The notes under the pieces were generated by a model, which ran no database searches, was not told the origin of the DNA, and saw only the letters and a program-made list of their open reading frames with translations. Positions 43,722 to 53,626 of a stretch of 64,000 nucleotides of DNA are shown here, one piece after another (position 1 is the stretch's first letter; each line of letters starts with the position of its first letter). Made by a program: the position numbers and the translations under genes. Origin of the DNA: Candidatus Bathyarchaeia archaeon (GTDB lineage Archaea; Thermoproteota; Bathyarchaeia; Bathyarchaeales; Bathycorpusculaceae); the NCBI GenBank assembly GCA_049521795.1, contig JBEKOM010000010.1, positions 1 to 64,000 on the forward strand, written 5' to 3'.

Positions 43722-44396
43722 ATGCGAATCGTGCTGCGGATAGGCGGTTCCGTCGTTGCTTCGCCAATCAACCCTGTCTTGATACGCGAGTACGCTGACC
43801 TATTGAGAGAACTGAAAGCGCAGAAGCATGAGTTGGCCGTTGTCATCGGCGGGGGAAATCTGGCGAGAGAGTTAATTGCTGTTGCCAAGGACATTGGACT
43901 TAAAGAACCAGCTCAGGACGAAATCGCGATTTCCATCTCAAGAGTCTTCGCCCAGCTTCTCATGAAAAAACTGGGCAACCTTGCCTGTGAAAGGGTCCCC
44001 CTGACGGTGGAGGAGGCTGCAGAATGTCTCGCTAAGGGAAAAGTCGCGATTATGGGCGGTTTGAAGCCAGGCATGACAACCGACACAGTTGCGGCGATGG
44101 TCGCCGAGAAAGTGAAAGCCGACCTGCTGCTGAAAGCAACAGATCAGGAAGGTGTCTATGACAAAAACCCAAAGAACCACCCAGACGCGGTGAAGCTCGA
44201 TCATCTGAGCTTTGAAGACTTGGCAAGAGTGTTCTCCCAAAGCGAGCATACGGCTGGCATTCATCAGGTAATCGACCCCGAAGCCGTCAAGATTCTGATG
44301 CGTCATCACGTTAGGGTTGTAGTTGTTAACGGGTTCAAGATCAGGAATGTCTTAATGGTCATCCAAGGGAAACGTGTTGGCACTTTAATTGACTAG
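43722..44396 (+). CDS. pyrH: UMP kinase
   Basis: IGGSV; VIGGG; GG..PG.TTD; GVYDKNP. Confidence 0.9.
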   Translation: MRIVLRIGGSVVASPINPVLIREYADLLRELKAQKHELAVVIGGGNLARELIAVAKDIGLKEPAQDEIAISISRVFAQLLMKKLGNLACERVPLTVEEAAECLAKGKVAIMGGLKPGMTTDTVAAMVAEKVKADLLLKATDQEGVYDKNPKNHPDAVKLDHLSFEDLARVFSQSEHTAGIHQVIDPEAVKILMRHHVRVVVVNGFKIRNVLMVIQGKRVGTLID

Positions 44397-44566
44397 GCGA
44401 AGTTCCTGTTTTCTTTCCAACAAGTCTAGCCGCCACTGTTTGTGCGTACGCGTAAGCTTACAAGAAATCAATACTGTTTCGGGGCTGTATGAAATGGCAA
44501 CGCAAAAACTTAAGGCCGTAGAGCCCTGAAAACCAGTGAAAGAGCTGTGCACAGGAGTTTCAAGCC

Positions 44567-45019
44567 TTGAGTAGACTTTACCCGAATCGGCCGATTGTGG
44601 GCGTCGGCGCAGTAATCATGCAGGATGGTAAGATTCTGCTTGAGAAGAGGAAAAATGACCCGGGAAGGGGTAAGTGGAGCATTCCTGGGGGCCTAGTGGA
44701 ACTGGGTGAAAGTCTCGAACAGACCGTGATAAGAGAGGTCCAAGAAGAGACGGGCCTCGTGGTTGAATCCCCTGAACTCGTCGATGTTGTCAGCCAAGCT
44801 ACTTTGGATGAAAGTGGTAAGGTAAAGTATCACTTCGTAATAGTCGACTACCATGTCAAGCTTGAGAGCGGAACAGCTAGAGCCGCAAGTGACGCTGCAG
44901 AACTTGAGTGGGTTCGGCTTGACGAAGTTGAACAGAAGGATCTGATAAGAAGTTTCAGAGGTTTTTTCGAGAAAAACAGGAAGAGGCTAGAGAATATGGT
45001 TTCTTCTCCAGAAGAGTGA
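44567..45019 (+). CDS. Nudix hydrolase (ADP-ribose pyrophosphatase-like)
   Basis: Nudix box PGGLVELGESLEQTVIREVQEETG. Confidence 0.93.
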   Translation: MSRLYPNRPIVGVGAVIMQDGKILLEKRKNDPGRGKWSIPGGLVELGESLEQTVIREVQEETGLVVESPELVDVVSQATLDESGKVKYHFVIVDYHVKLESGTARAASDAAELEWVRLDEVEQKDLIRSFRGFFEKNRKRLENMVSSPEE

Positions 45020-45048
45020 CCTATGCTTGTGCAACGTGCGATCGTTAG

Positions 45049-46503
45049 TCAATCTCCGAAGAAAAGTCTTGTTTCCCCCATGGTTTTGACATCCATTGCT
45101 TTGATTCTGGCAACGATCGGAAAGTCTCTCACCGCTTTTCCGAGGACGAGACAGTTATGTGGTGGCAGGTCTCTGGCTATGGATCTTACCGTTTCTGCAT
45201 CTACTCTCGAAGCTCTTGAAACGACGTCCAAATCATGCTCGTTCGTGAAGTTGAAGAGGAATATGTTGTCTGCTTGACGATAGATGTTTTCTCTGATCGT
45301 GTCAGGCTGATTGGTTATGAATGTTGTGAAGATGCCGAAATGGCGCATGCGGGTGACAATGTCGTCCCAATAAGTCTCACGTAAGTAGAGGTGGGCTTCT
45401 TCTGCGAACAGGAACACTGCCTTGAGCTTCCAATTCGTCAGGGATTCAACGAGTCTTCCAAGAATGTGCTCGACGACTATCTGCCGGTCAATCGTCGACG
45501 TGTTCCGCAGGTTTATGACTATGGCACCACCTTCTTCGCTTGCTTTCAACAAGGATTCTTCAAGCAAAGCGGCCTCAGCAACGTTGTCCGTGAAAAAGCC
45601 CGAGTTTACTAACGTGTGGTATCGTGAGAACAGTGCGTCGCGCACGTGCTGGTTGCAGTTACAATTACGTATCGCTTCTCCCAGCTCATGCAACGTCAGG
45701 CTGTCTCTTTGTTTCAACTCTTTCCATATGCGTCTAAATTCACGAGCAGATGTGCCGGGCAGATGAAGCGCGTGAACAAGGATGCCGAGTAGGACGTGGA
45801 GGCTCAACTGTTTCAGAGCTACCTTGAAGTTTTGTGAGGGTGTCAAGACATGTATCTTGTCATGGTTGATGTTTCTTTTTCCGTCAGACGCTATCCCCAG
45901 GCTGAGGTACTCACCGTTCAAGTCGAAGACGACGACTGTGGCCTTGTAGTTCAACAGGTTTATCATCAGCAGCTTGGACAGGTGGGATTTGCCTGTTTCC
46001 TTTTTTCCTGTTATGATGTTCAGTCTTCCATCAAGTGATGAAGCGTCTATCGTTAGAAGTGAGGAGTCTTTCATGGCGCCCAGGACTATTGGGAGTTTTC
46101 CGCTTATCTTGGCGAGCTTGAGCAGTGTCGAGATCGGTAGTTTTTTTATCGTTGATTGTGAGCGTGAGGGAAGCCAGGAGCTGGTCGGGTTCAAGTTGTC
46201 GTTCTCGACGGTTGCCCTGATCTTGCAGATGAGAAGGCTTGCGTCTTGAATGTAGGTGATGTGTGGAGCGATTTCAAGAGGATCAACGTCCTCGCCTTGA
46301 AGCATTTCTCCACCGTCTGGCAGACTGCGGAGAAGCTCTTCTAGGACGCCTGGAACTGCGGCAAACTGCACGTCGATCACCTGCGCGATCAAGGCTCTTC
46401 TTGCTTCGTCGTCTTGAACGAGCAAGTAATCTCCTTTTTCTACGGTTTCGTTCGGGAAACTCAGAACGTAGATCGCATTGCCCTCTTTTTTGTAGAGCTT
46501 CAT
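45049..46503 (-). CDS. HerA-like ATPase
   Basis: Walker A GKKETGKS; FDLNGEY; Walker B LFAEEAH; TRMRHFG..ITNQP; likely start ATG 46503 right after the nurA-like stop. Confidence 0.88.
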   Translation of the reverse strand: MKLYKKEGNAIYVLSFPNETVEKGDYLLVQDDEARRALIAQVIDVQFAAVPGVLEELLRSLPDGGEMLQGEDVDPLEIAPHITYIQDASLLICKIRATVENDNLNPTSSWLPSRSQSTIKKLPISTLLKLAKISGKLPIVLGAMKDSSLLTIDASSLDGRLNIITGKKETGKSHLSKLLMINLLNYKATVVVFDLNGEYLSLGIASDGKRNINHDKIHVLTPSQNFKVALKQLSLHVLLGILVHALHLPGTSAREFRRIWKELKQRDSLTLHELGEAIRNCNCNQHVRDALFSRYHTLVNSGFFTDNVAEAALLEESLLKASEEGGAIVINLRNTSTIDRQIVVEHILGRLVESLTNWKLKAVFLFAEEAHLYLRETYWDDIVTRMRHFGIFTTFITNQPDTIRENIYRQADNIFLFNFTNEHDLDVVSRASRVDAETVRSIARDLPPHNCLVLGKAVRDFPIVARIKAMDVKTMGETRLFFGD

Positions 46504-46505
46504 GG

Positions 46506-47579
46506 TTAGCTCTCTCCTTTGCCGAAGGGTCCGAACAAGAGTTTGTGCATGTCTGGCCTGTTGATGATCTGAAGCCCGCATTTGCGCGTGATGAAGTGCT
46601 GCATTGCTAGCACTTCGTTGGCTGTGAACGTGCACAGGATGTGGGCTAACCGGAGGGTTTCAGGGTAGCTCTGCGAGATCAGGTCGTTGCCTAGCAGTCT
46701 CTCAACTGCTTCTACTCTCAGCTCAGGAGGAACCTCTGCGTCGATGTCGAGCCTGAAGGCACAGTTTCCACTGCTTAATTTGGCAACGTAGACTTCTCCC
46801 AATGGAACCATTGGAGGCTTGAGTCTCAAACCGATGGTCTCAACCAAGTATGGAGGTCTTTGTTCGAACGCGAGATCTGTTATGAGGGAGCCGTTGACTC
46901 TTAGATTTGTCATTTTTGAAAAAGCCAAGATCGCATTGCCTCTTTCCCTTCCATCTTTCAGAATTTCTTTCATGCGATGTGTCGGCGTGTCTGCTGTTCC
47001 AGAGGTTAAGGAGCCGTCAAAAAGGATCAATCCGTTGTTCAAGGTTTTTGTGAGCATCGCTTGTAACCATCTTTCGAGGAGGTTTGCTATTCGTGTCGGC
47101 ATCTGCAAGAGGCTCGGCGCGCTTTGGTGGCCTGATTCGCGTGCGGAGGTTAAGTATGCTCTTTCCAGGGTGTTGTAGACTTCTCTTCTGTTTTCTTCCG
47201 TTACCTGGAAGATGAATGGGCCTACTCGAGTGTATCTGTAGTTTTCTCCCTGTTTCCAGACATTTGCCCCTCTAACGGCTATCACTATTCCTGCGCTTGT
47301 TTCGGCGATCTTCATTGTCGACGTGTCTACTGCTGCAACAACGGTTTGTTCATGTCGGGGTTTGAGGAGCATAGGTTCAAGTCTAAGCCTGAGTGTTTGG
47401 ACTGTTTCCTCTGTGCTGACTTGTTGAATTAACTGCTCCTTTTGTTGAAAGTAATGATTGTGTCGGTGACCTAACGAGTACAAACTGAGTGTGGTAAACT
47501 GATGCGGGAGCGTGGTGTCCATTGCGGGTTGTGGAAAGTTATATTTTGGTGTTGTTGTAATAGGGTATTGTGCAATCAC
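46506..47579 (-). CDS. NurA-like nuclease
   Basis: VAAVDTS; LILFDGSL; FSK; YPETLRLAH. Confidence 0.85.
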   Translation of the reverse strand: MIAQYPITTTPKYNFPQPAMDTTLPHQFTTLSLYSLGHRHNHYFQQKEQLIQQVSTEETVQTLRLRLEPMLLKPRHEQTVVAAVDTSTMKIAETSAGIVIAVRGANVWKQGENYRYTRVGPFIFQVTEENRREVYNTLERAYLTSARESGHQSAPSLLQMPTRIANLLERWLQAMLTKTLNNGLILFDGSLTSGTADTPTHRMKEILKDGRERGNAILAFSKMTNLRVNGSLITDLAFEQRPPYLVETIGLRLKPPMVPLGEVYVAKLSSGNCAFRLDIDAEVPPELRVEAVERLLGNDLISQSYPETLRLAHILCTFTANEVLAMQHFITRKCGLQIINRPDMHKLLFGPFGKGES

Positions 47580-47672
47580 TAAGATTCACCAATAGCCAAT
47601 TGTTTGAGGAAGACATATTTAAGTGTTGTGCATGTACAAGATGTACAATACAATAAACAACAAGGTGAACCC

Positions 47673-48074
47673 TTGACGGAGACAGAAGCAAAAAAGCCAA
47701 TACGGTTAAAGATGAAGATAGGCGAAATAGAGTTCGAAATTGAATGTCAAGAAGATCAGCTGCAGACGACAGTAGACAAGATTCTCTCAACTGTTACTGA
47801 CAGATTGAAAGAGACTCCTCTAATGATGGAGAGGCCAGCCCAACCGCCAAGGGCAGAAACCTGCAAGGGTATAATTCAGAAGCTGTGGGAGGAAGGCTGG
47901 TTCGCAGTTGCCAAAGGTCTAGGCGAAGTGCACAGTGAGATGGCAAGACGGGGCTTCCACTATGACCGGACCGCGGTCGCCCATGCCTTGATCGACCTAG
48001 TCAAGGACGGCGTTTTGACGAGAGAAGGAAAACCCCGCAGGTATCAATACGCCCAAAAAAGACCGGCTTCCTAA
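47673..48074 (+). CDS. Two-domain protein: N-terminal beta-hairpin/helix, C-terminal wHTH (A)
   Basis: IRLKMKIGEIEFEIEC; LWEEGWF...LGEVHSEM...AVAHALIDLVKDGVLTREG..RRYQY; GGTGA SD before TTG. Confidence 0.78.
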   Translation: MTETEAKKPIRLKMKIGEIEFEIECQEDQLQTTVDKILSTVTDRLKETPLMMERPAQPPRAETCKGIIQKLWEEGWFAVAKGLGEVHSEMARRGFHYDRTAVAHALIDLVKDGVLTREGKPRRYQYAQKRPAS

Positions 48075-48093
48075 ACGATGTATATTTATATAG

Positions 48094-48612
48094 CTAGGCT
48101 AGAGTGCCAATTCTTGCCTTAATTCTTGGTAGAATGTCTTTTTGAAGCTGAACTAAGCCAAAGGTTGTGATCTTGTAGGTGTCGTCAGCGGTTTTCATCG
48201 CCATCTCGTTTTTTACGAGTTCGCCCAGGCGTGTGCTCGTTATCTTTGCGTCTTTTCCGAGTTTTGCTTGGAGTTCTTCCTTGGAAAGACCATCGGCCTG
48301 TATCTTGCCCAATCGGCGTCCCATATGATTAGCTAGAAGCAGCAAGGCGAGAGTCTCGTTGTCCGTCAACTTGTTTCTTGGCACGAGTATGTAGGGGCCC
48401 TCTTCTGCAAAGGCCAAGACTTTCTCGCTGTCCTTTGCCAGGGTTTTCAGGTCAACGCTCAATGTTAGTTTTCTTGCAGTTTCGAATGAAGGAAGTAGCT
48501 CGTTAAAGAATTTGTTCAGTAGTAACCAAACTTCTTCTGGGTTGCCTGAAAGCGTTTTTTCAAGGTCCTTGTACCTGATGTGAACCATCAAGCTGTTTGG
48601 CTCTTCGCTCAA
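48094..48612 (-). CDS. Two-domain wHTH protein (B)
   Basis: LMVHIRYKDLEKTLSGNPEEV; LSKEELQAKLG...TSTRLGELVK...YKITTFG. Confidence 0.78.
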   Translation of the reverse strand: MSEEPNSLMVHIRYKDLEKTLSGNPEEVWLLLNKFFNELLPSFETARKLTLSVDLKTLAKDSEKVLAFAEEGPYILVPRNKLTDNETLALLLLANHMGRRLGKIQADGLSKEELQAKLGKDAKITSTRLGELVKNEMAMKTADDTYKITTFGLVQLQKDILPRIKARIGTLA

Positions 48613-49079
48613 CCGATCTTACCTCTGAGCTTGGCTAGGACTTCGTTTTCAACCCATCTCTCGCCTTGGATTGTGAGCTTAAATTCAGGTCTGTTAGGAT
48701 CTGGTTTGAAAACTTGCCCTCGCTTCGTCATTTCGTTGAGTCGAGCTGGGACCATACATTTTATTCCACTTGACTCTAGAAGCTTCGTTATCTGCGCTGC
48801 AGTGTTCTTCTTCCCTTCTGAAGCAGACAGGGTCAAGCCTATCGCTTCATAATGTGTTAGGTTTTCGTGGGCTACTATGACAGGTCCCTCTGTGGTGGAT
48901 TCAACAATGCCTTTCAGCTGCGCCCCTGACGGAATCAAACGGCTTGAGACAAGTTCAGACACTTTTTGCATGAAATTGTCTGGAAAGCTCTCGAGTATCT
49001 TGAGAACTTCTTGGGGGTTTTCGCCTTCGACTATGATTTCGCCGAAGGGCGTTTTGATTCTTGCTTCGACCCTGTTCAT
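48609..49079 (-). CDS. Two-domain wHTH protein (C)
   Basis: VEARIKTPFGEIIVEGENPQEV; TAAQITKLL...PARLNEMTKRGQV...FKLTIQG. Confidence 0.78.
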   Translation of the reverse strand: MNRVEARIKTPFGEIIVEGENPQEVLKILESFPDNFMQKVSELVSSRLIPSGAQLKGIVESTTEGPVIVAHENLTHYEAIGLTLSASEGKKNTAAQITKLLESSGIKCMVPARLNEMTKRGQVFKPDPNRPEFKLTIQGERWVENEVLAKLRGKIG

Positions 49080-49570
49080 TCAGCGTCTCCTCTTGAACGT
49101 AGAGCTTCCTTTTCGGCGAGGATGTACACGTAGCCGGTGTTGGTGCTCCAACGTCTGATCTTTACTTTCTTGACTAGCTCCATCAGGACTGCTGCAAGGG
49201 TGCGCTCTGAGTGTTCTAGTTCATTTGCCCTGAGTGCTTCGCTGAGCTCGTCGATCGTGCGTGGCCGCCATTTTCCCCAATCAGTTTCGAGAACTTTTAA
49301 GAGTGCCTCATCGAGTTTTGCCGTATGCGATATCTGTGGGTATCGTTGGCTTGGAGGCCTTTCCGCGTTGGGAGCCCCGGTCTTGACGGTTAGTGTTGCC
49401 ACCTTCTTAGGTTTCACTTTTTCAAATGCCTTGTCGATGTCGCTTATCAGGCTCGGCAGAGCTTTCATCGTATCAAGAACCTGTTCATAAGCGCCGGTGA
49501 CCTCGACCTCATAGTCTCCCATCTTCACTCGAAAGGTGAAACTTCCAGTTTTTCTAGTTTTCTTCTGCAA
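49076..49570 (-). CDS. Two-domain wHTH protein (D)
   Basis: FTFRVKMGDYEVEVTGAYEQV; PRTIDELSEAL...LAAVLMELVKK..IRR...GYVY. Confidence 0.78.
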   Translation of the reverse strand: MQKKTRKTGSFTFRVKMGDYEVEVTGAYEQVLDTMKALPSLISDIDKAFEKVKPKKVATLTVKTGAPNAERPPSQRYPQISHTAKLDEALLKVLETDWGKWRPRTIDELSEALRANELEHSERTLAAVLMELVKKVKIRRWSTNTGYVYILAEKEALRSRGDAE

Positions 49571-49727
49571 ACCTATCCCAAGATATAGGAAAGTGACAAG
49601 TCCTTTTAGGATTTGCGCATTTGGATATGTATCGGTTTTCGATATATGTCGGAGGTCGGAAGCATTGTATTAAATATTAAGATACACTAGTTGACTTGTA
49701 TCGCCTCCTCAAAAACGGTGAAAATCC

Positions 49728-50363
49728 TTGGCAAAGAAAGGACTTTCTGTCTGGATCTTCAGCTCTCTGACGTTTGTATCGGTTGCGCACCTGATTGAGG
49801 CGATTTACGTTTTGGTTTCTGGAAGCGAGATCAAGCTTCTTAAGCTCTGTCCCTTTGTCGGCGGGTCTCTGAGCAGCGTTTCTCCGGTTGCATATCTATG
49901 GCTGTCTGCTGCGGCGAGCTTGGTTTGTTGGGGGATCACGTGCGCAATAGCTTTTGAGAACCCTATGGAAACGCTCTTGAAGAAGGCGGTTGCTGACGCT
50001 AAGAAGCAGAGTGCTGTCGAGACCCAGGTGGTTGAAGATAAGAGCGAAATTCTCGATGCGATGTACGAGACGCTTGAGTCTAGCAGTGAGACTATCGCGT
50101 GCGTTAAGGATATGATCTGCAACGTGAGGACTGAAGTGAAGGAAATTCAACCTTTGACAACGACCGTTGATCTGATCAGGTTAGAGTTGAACGATTTGGG
50201 GAAAGAAGTGGAAAAACTCGAAGACAACGTGAAATATTCTTATGTGTGCCTGGCTTGCGGAAAGCCTTTGTTGCCTGAATTCAAGATATGCCCATACTGT
50301 GGCGAAGATGCCAGACTACTGAGGACTCCTGTCATAGCTGTGACTGATCAAAAGCAGAAGTAG
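49728..50363 (+). CDS. Membrane protein with coiled coil and C-terminal zinc ribbon
   Basis: Two TMs; heptad-like region; CLACG...CPYCG. Confidence 0.8.
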   Translation: MAKKGLSVWIFSSLTFVSVAHLIEAIYVLVSGSEIKLLKLCPFVGGSLSSVSPVAYLWLSAAASLVCWGITCAIAFENPMETLLKKAVADAKKQSAVETQVVEDKSEILDAMYETLESSSETIACVKDMICNVRTEVKEIQPLTTTVDLIRLELNDLGKEVEKLEDNVKYSYVCLACGKPLLPEFKICPYCGEDARLLRTPVIAVTDQKQK

Positions 50364-50367
50364 GTCT

Positions 50368-52272
50368 CTATTCTAGGGCTTCTTTAAGCTTTTGTCTCAG
50401 CACCTTGCTCACAAGTGCTGCGTTCGCCTTGCCCCGCAAGTTGTTCATGGCTATGCCCATTAGGACGCTGAAGCTGCTTTCTCCATGTTTCTTGATCAAT
50501 TCTTTGTTTTCCTCAACGATCTTGGTCACCAACTTCTCCAGTTCAGCCTCAGGGATGGCTTGCAAGCCAAGCTCTTTGATAGCTGCTTCAACAGTTCTTT
50601 CCTCATTCTTTGACAGCCAAGTGAATACTTCCGAGATTGCTTCTTTCGCAAGTTTTTCTTCCCCTACGAGTCTGAAAATGTCGCCCAGTTGTCTGTCTGA
50701 CACTTTTTCCACTGTGACGCCGTCTCGTTTTAATGCCTTCAGAGTCTCAGTCATGAATGCTGCGATGGTTGTTGGTGGCACTTTACTCTGTCTTACTATG
50801 TTTTCAAACAGTTCACCGTATTCGGAGTTCAAGACCTGCTTAGCCAGCTTGGCATTAAGCCTGTACTCTTTCTGCAGCCGTTCAAGTTTCTGTTCTGGGA
50901 GTTCTGGTAGATGAGAACGAATTCTGTCCACGTTAACATCTGAGATTTGAACGGGTGGGATGTCTGTCTCCGGATACATTCTTGCTGCACCTGGGCGAGG
51001 TCTCATGTAGCGCGTTGTCCCGTCAGGGTTTGGCGCTCGCGTTTCTTGAGGTACGCCTGCTATCGCTTCTCGTGCTCTTTCAACCACGGCTCCTAACGCA
51101 TCTTCAGCGTTTTCTCGATCGTCCGCGACAAGAACCACGGCGTCCTCGGCATGGGCATCAAGGTTATTTCTGAGTTTTTCAACCTCTTCTGCCGTTATTC
51201 CGTAGGCTGGCAGTTCATCCGTGTGGAATATCCCGCCTACTCTTCCCCAAAACTTGGCTCTGTCGGCCATCTCTGTTCCAAGCCGCAAATTAGGGCCTAG
51301 TTCCAATTTCAGGAGGCCATTGAACTTCGGCAATTTGACGGCCAGAACCTGCTGCTTTTTCTCTAGGGCTTTTTGAATCACTTTGCACTTCGTATTCTTG
51401 AAGACGTCCTCTACATTGAAGAACTTGGCCTTTAATTGGTCCTCTTCAAGTCCTCTGTTCTTCAGTTCTTCATTTATTCTTATGAGGTTCAGTTGGCGGC
51501 GGACTTCGTACTCGACGACGATTGAGACAAGTTCGAGTTCTTGCAATCCTTTGATTTCTATGAGAGCACCTCTGGGGATGGATATGTTTATGTCTTGCCG
51601 GATTGAGCCGAGGCCGCGCATGGCTTTTCCAGTTGCTCTCAGTATTCTTCCGATTGCGAGTGCCACTTCTTCGGCTTCATTAGGCGACTTTATGACTGGC
51701 GCGGTGGCAACCTCTATCAATGGTATACCCAGTCGGTCAATGCGATACTTTATTGTGCTTTCTCTTTCTTCGCCTGTTTTTCTCGCGGCGTCCTCTTCTA
51801 AGCTTGCGTGTTGAATTGGAACCGTTTTTAGGCCCACTTTGATTTCTCCGTTCAGGGCTACTACGCATGTTCTTTGAAAACCTGTGGTGTTTGAGCCGTC
51901 TATCACCGTCTTGCGCATGACGTGTATTTCGCCAACTGGCTTAGCATTCATCATTAAGGCCGCTGTCAGGACTGTTTCGACGGCTTCCTTGTTCAAGGCG
52001 TGTGGAGGTTCTTCATCCATTTCAACAAGGCATGACGTCGCATTGTTTGCCTCGTAGAGAATTTTGACTCCCTTTTGAAATTCGAAGAAAGCCGCAGGGT
52101 CCACCTGACCCAACTCGCTCTGGGTCGGTCTGAGTCTGCGAAGAAAAGTTATTTCTGGTTCTTCTTTGAAAAGCGCCGGCTTACAGCTGCAGAACAGTTT
52201 TGTCGAAGTGTTCAGTTGCTGGTGAATTTCTAGGCCGACTTTCAACCCGATTTTCTCGTAGTCTAGCTCCAA
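50368..52272 (-). CDS. gatE: Glu-tRNA(Gln) amidotransferase subunit E
   Basis: KVGLEIHQQL; MRKTVIDGSNTTGFQRT; RPRPGAARMYPETD. Confidence 0.97.
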   Translation of the reverse strand: MELDYEKIGLKVGLEIHQQLNTSTKLFCSCKPALFKEEPEITFLRRLRPTQSELGQVDPAAFFEFQKGVKILYEANNATSCLVEMDEEPPHALNKEAVETVLTAALMMNAKPVGEIHVMRKTVIDGSNTTGFQRTCVVALNGEIKVGLKTVPIQHASLEEDAARKTGEERESTIKYRIDRLGIPLIEVATAPVIKSPNEAEEVALAIGRILRATGKAMRGLGSIRQDINISIPRGALIEIKGLQELELVSIVVEYEVRRQLNLIRINEELKNRGLEEDQLKAKFFNVEDVFKNTKCKVIQKALEKKQQVLAVKLPKFNGLLKLELGPNLRLGTEMADRAKFWGRVGGIFHTDELPAYGITAEEVEKLRNNLDAHAEDAVVLVADDRENAEDALGAVVERAREAIAGVPQETRAPNPDGTTRYMRPRPGAARMYPETDIPPVQISDVNVDRIRSHLPELPEQKLERLQKEYRLNAKLAKQVLNSEYGELFENIVRQSKVPPTTIAAFMTETLKALKRDGVTVEKVSDRQLGDIFRLVGEEKLAKEAISEVFTWLSKNEERTVEAAIKELGLQAIPEAELEKLVTKIVEENKELIKKHGESSFSVLMGIAMNNLRGKANAALVSKVLRQKLKEALE

Positions 52273-53624
52273 TCACAACCACCTTTGTGTTGCTCCCAAC
52301 TCATCTTTTCAGCGAGGGTTCTTGGCGAAAACTCTCCCGCGACGTTTGTTTTCAATAGTTTCTTCGCCTCTTCGCTGTCCTGGGTCTGTCCAAGAACCCA
52401 ACTGAGTTTGACAAGAGCCGTTTCGGGAAGCATATCCTCTAAGGGGATCACGCCCAGAGCTTGCAAATCGCGGCCTGCGTCGTAAACGTTCATGTTTACG
52501 CGTCCCCAGATACACTGAGAGGTCATCGCAATGATAATGTCCTGTCCGACAGCTTCTCTCAAGGCCTCGTAACAGGCTTTGCTGATGTGACCGAGACCCG
52601 TGCCCTCGATGATAATGCCCTTGTATTCTTTCTCTGCATAGAAATGCATGATTGCCGGGTCTATTCCAGGGTAGAATTTTATCAACGCCACTTTTTCTTG
52701 GAAGTCTGGCCTCAGCACGAGTGTTCTTGATGGGTCTCGTTTCCGATAGTCTTGTGTTAGCATGACTATCTTGTTTTCTTCTACCCTCGCAATCGGTGTT
52801 GCATTCACTGACTTGAACGCGTCTCTTCTGCTCGTGTGGCATTTTCGAACTTTTGTTCCCCTGTGAAAAGCTATGCAGCTGTCTGAGGGCGTCTCGTGCA
52901 TTGCGACTACCACTTCAGCGAACGGCGCTTTTGCCGCGGCGGAGACAGCTCCCAAGAGATTTGTGGCGGCATCTGAGCTCGGGCGATCTGCCGAACGTTG
53001 CGAACCAACTATTATGACCGGGGCTGGGAGGCTTTGTAATGCGAAGCTAAGGGCTGCGGCAGTGTATCCCATGGTGTCTGTTCCGTGGGCTACGACGACG
53101 CCGTCGACTCCTTCTGACATCTGCTTTGCGATGGCATGAGCGATTTGACCCCATTGTTGGGACCCAATGTTTTCGCTGAAAATGCTCAGAAGTATCTGGG
53201 TTTCTATGCGTGCCACGTCTGCCAGTTCAGGGACTACGCTGTAGAGGTCGTTTGCGGTCAAGGCTGGCCTGACTCCGCCTGTTCGGTAATCCACGCGGCT
53301 GGCAATTGTTCCACCCGTGCTTATTATGGTGGTTCTTGGAAGCTCTGACTTCTGTTCTGGAAGAGGTGGCGCTGCAAAGGTCGGTTCTATGCCTTCTCCG
53401 ACTTTCTCAACCTTCGTGTCTGCCGTTATGGCTATGCCGATGTTGTAACCATTTTTCAGCTTCACGACAACATGCTTTTCATCACCGTACTCGGATCGCG
53501 GGATCAGAATTCCTTCGTATGCCTCTTTTTCTCTGGTTACACGAATCACATCGCCTATGTTAGCCCGGGCCTTTTTGATTGCCTCCAGAGCTTTGCCTCG
53601 GTAGCCCGTTTCTTTTTCAGCCAT
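52263..53624 (-). CDS. gatD: Glu-tRNA(Gln) amidotransferase subunit D
   Basis: STGGTIASRVDYRTG; HGTDT; GSQRSADRPSSD. Confidence 0.97.
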   Translation of the reverse strand: MAEKETGYRGKALEAIKKARANIGDVIRVTREKEAYEGILIPRSEYGDEKHVVVKLKNGYNIGIAITADTKVEKVGEGIEPTFAAPPLPEQKSELPRTTIISTGGTIASRVDYRTGGVRPALTANDLYSVVPELADVARIETQILLSIFSENIGSQQWGQIAHAIAKQMSEGVDGVVVAHGTDTMGYTAAALSFALQSLPAPVIIVGSQRSADRPSSDAATNLLGAVSAAAKAPFAEVVVAMHETPSDSCIAFHRGTKVRKCHTSRRDAFKSVNATPIARVEENKIVMLTQDYRKRDPSRTLVLRPDFQEKVALIKFYPGIDPAIMHFYAEKEYKGIIIEGTGLGHISKACYEALREAVGQDIIIAMTSQCIWGRVNMNVYDAGRDLQALGVIPLEDMLPETALVKLSWVLGQTQDSEEAKKLLKTNVAGEFSPRTLAEKMSWEQHKGGCDWS

Positions 53625-53626
53625 TT

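Noticed and set aside
46504-46635. N-terminal extension of the HerA ORF in the track
   Set aside because: It overlaps the nurA-like 3' end; ATG 46503 with an upstream GGAGAG is the better start.
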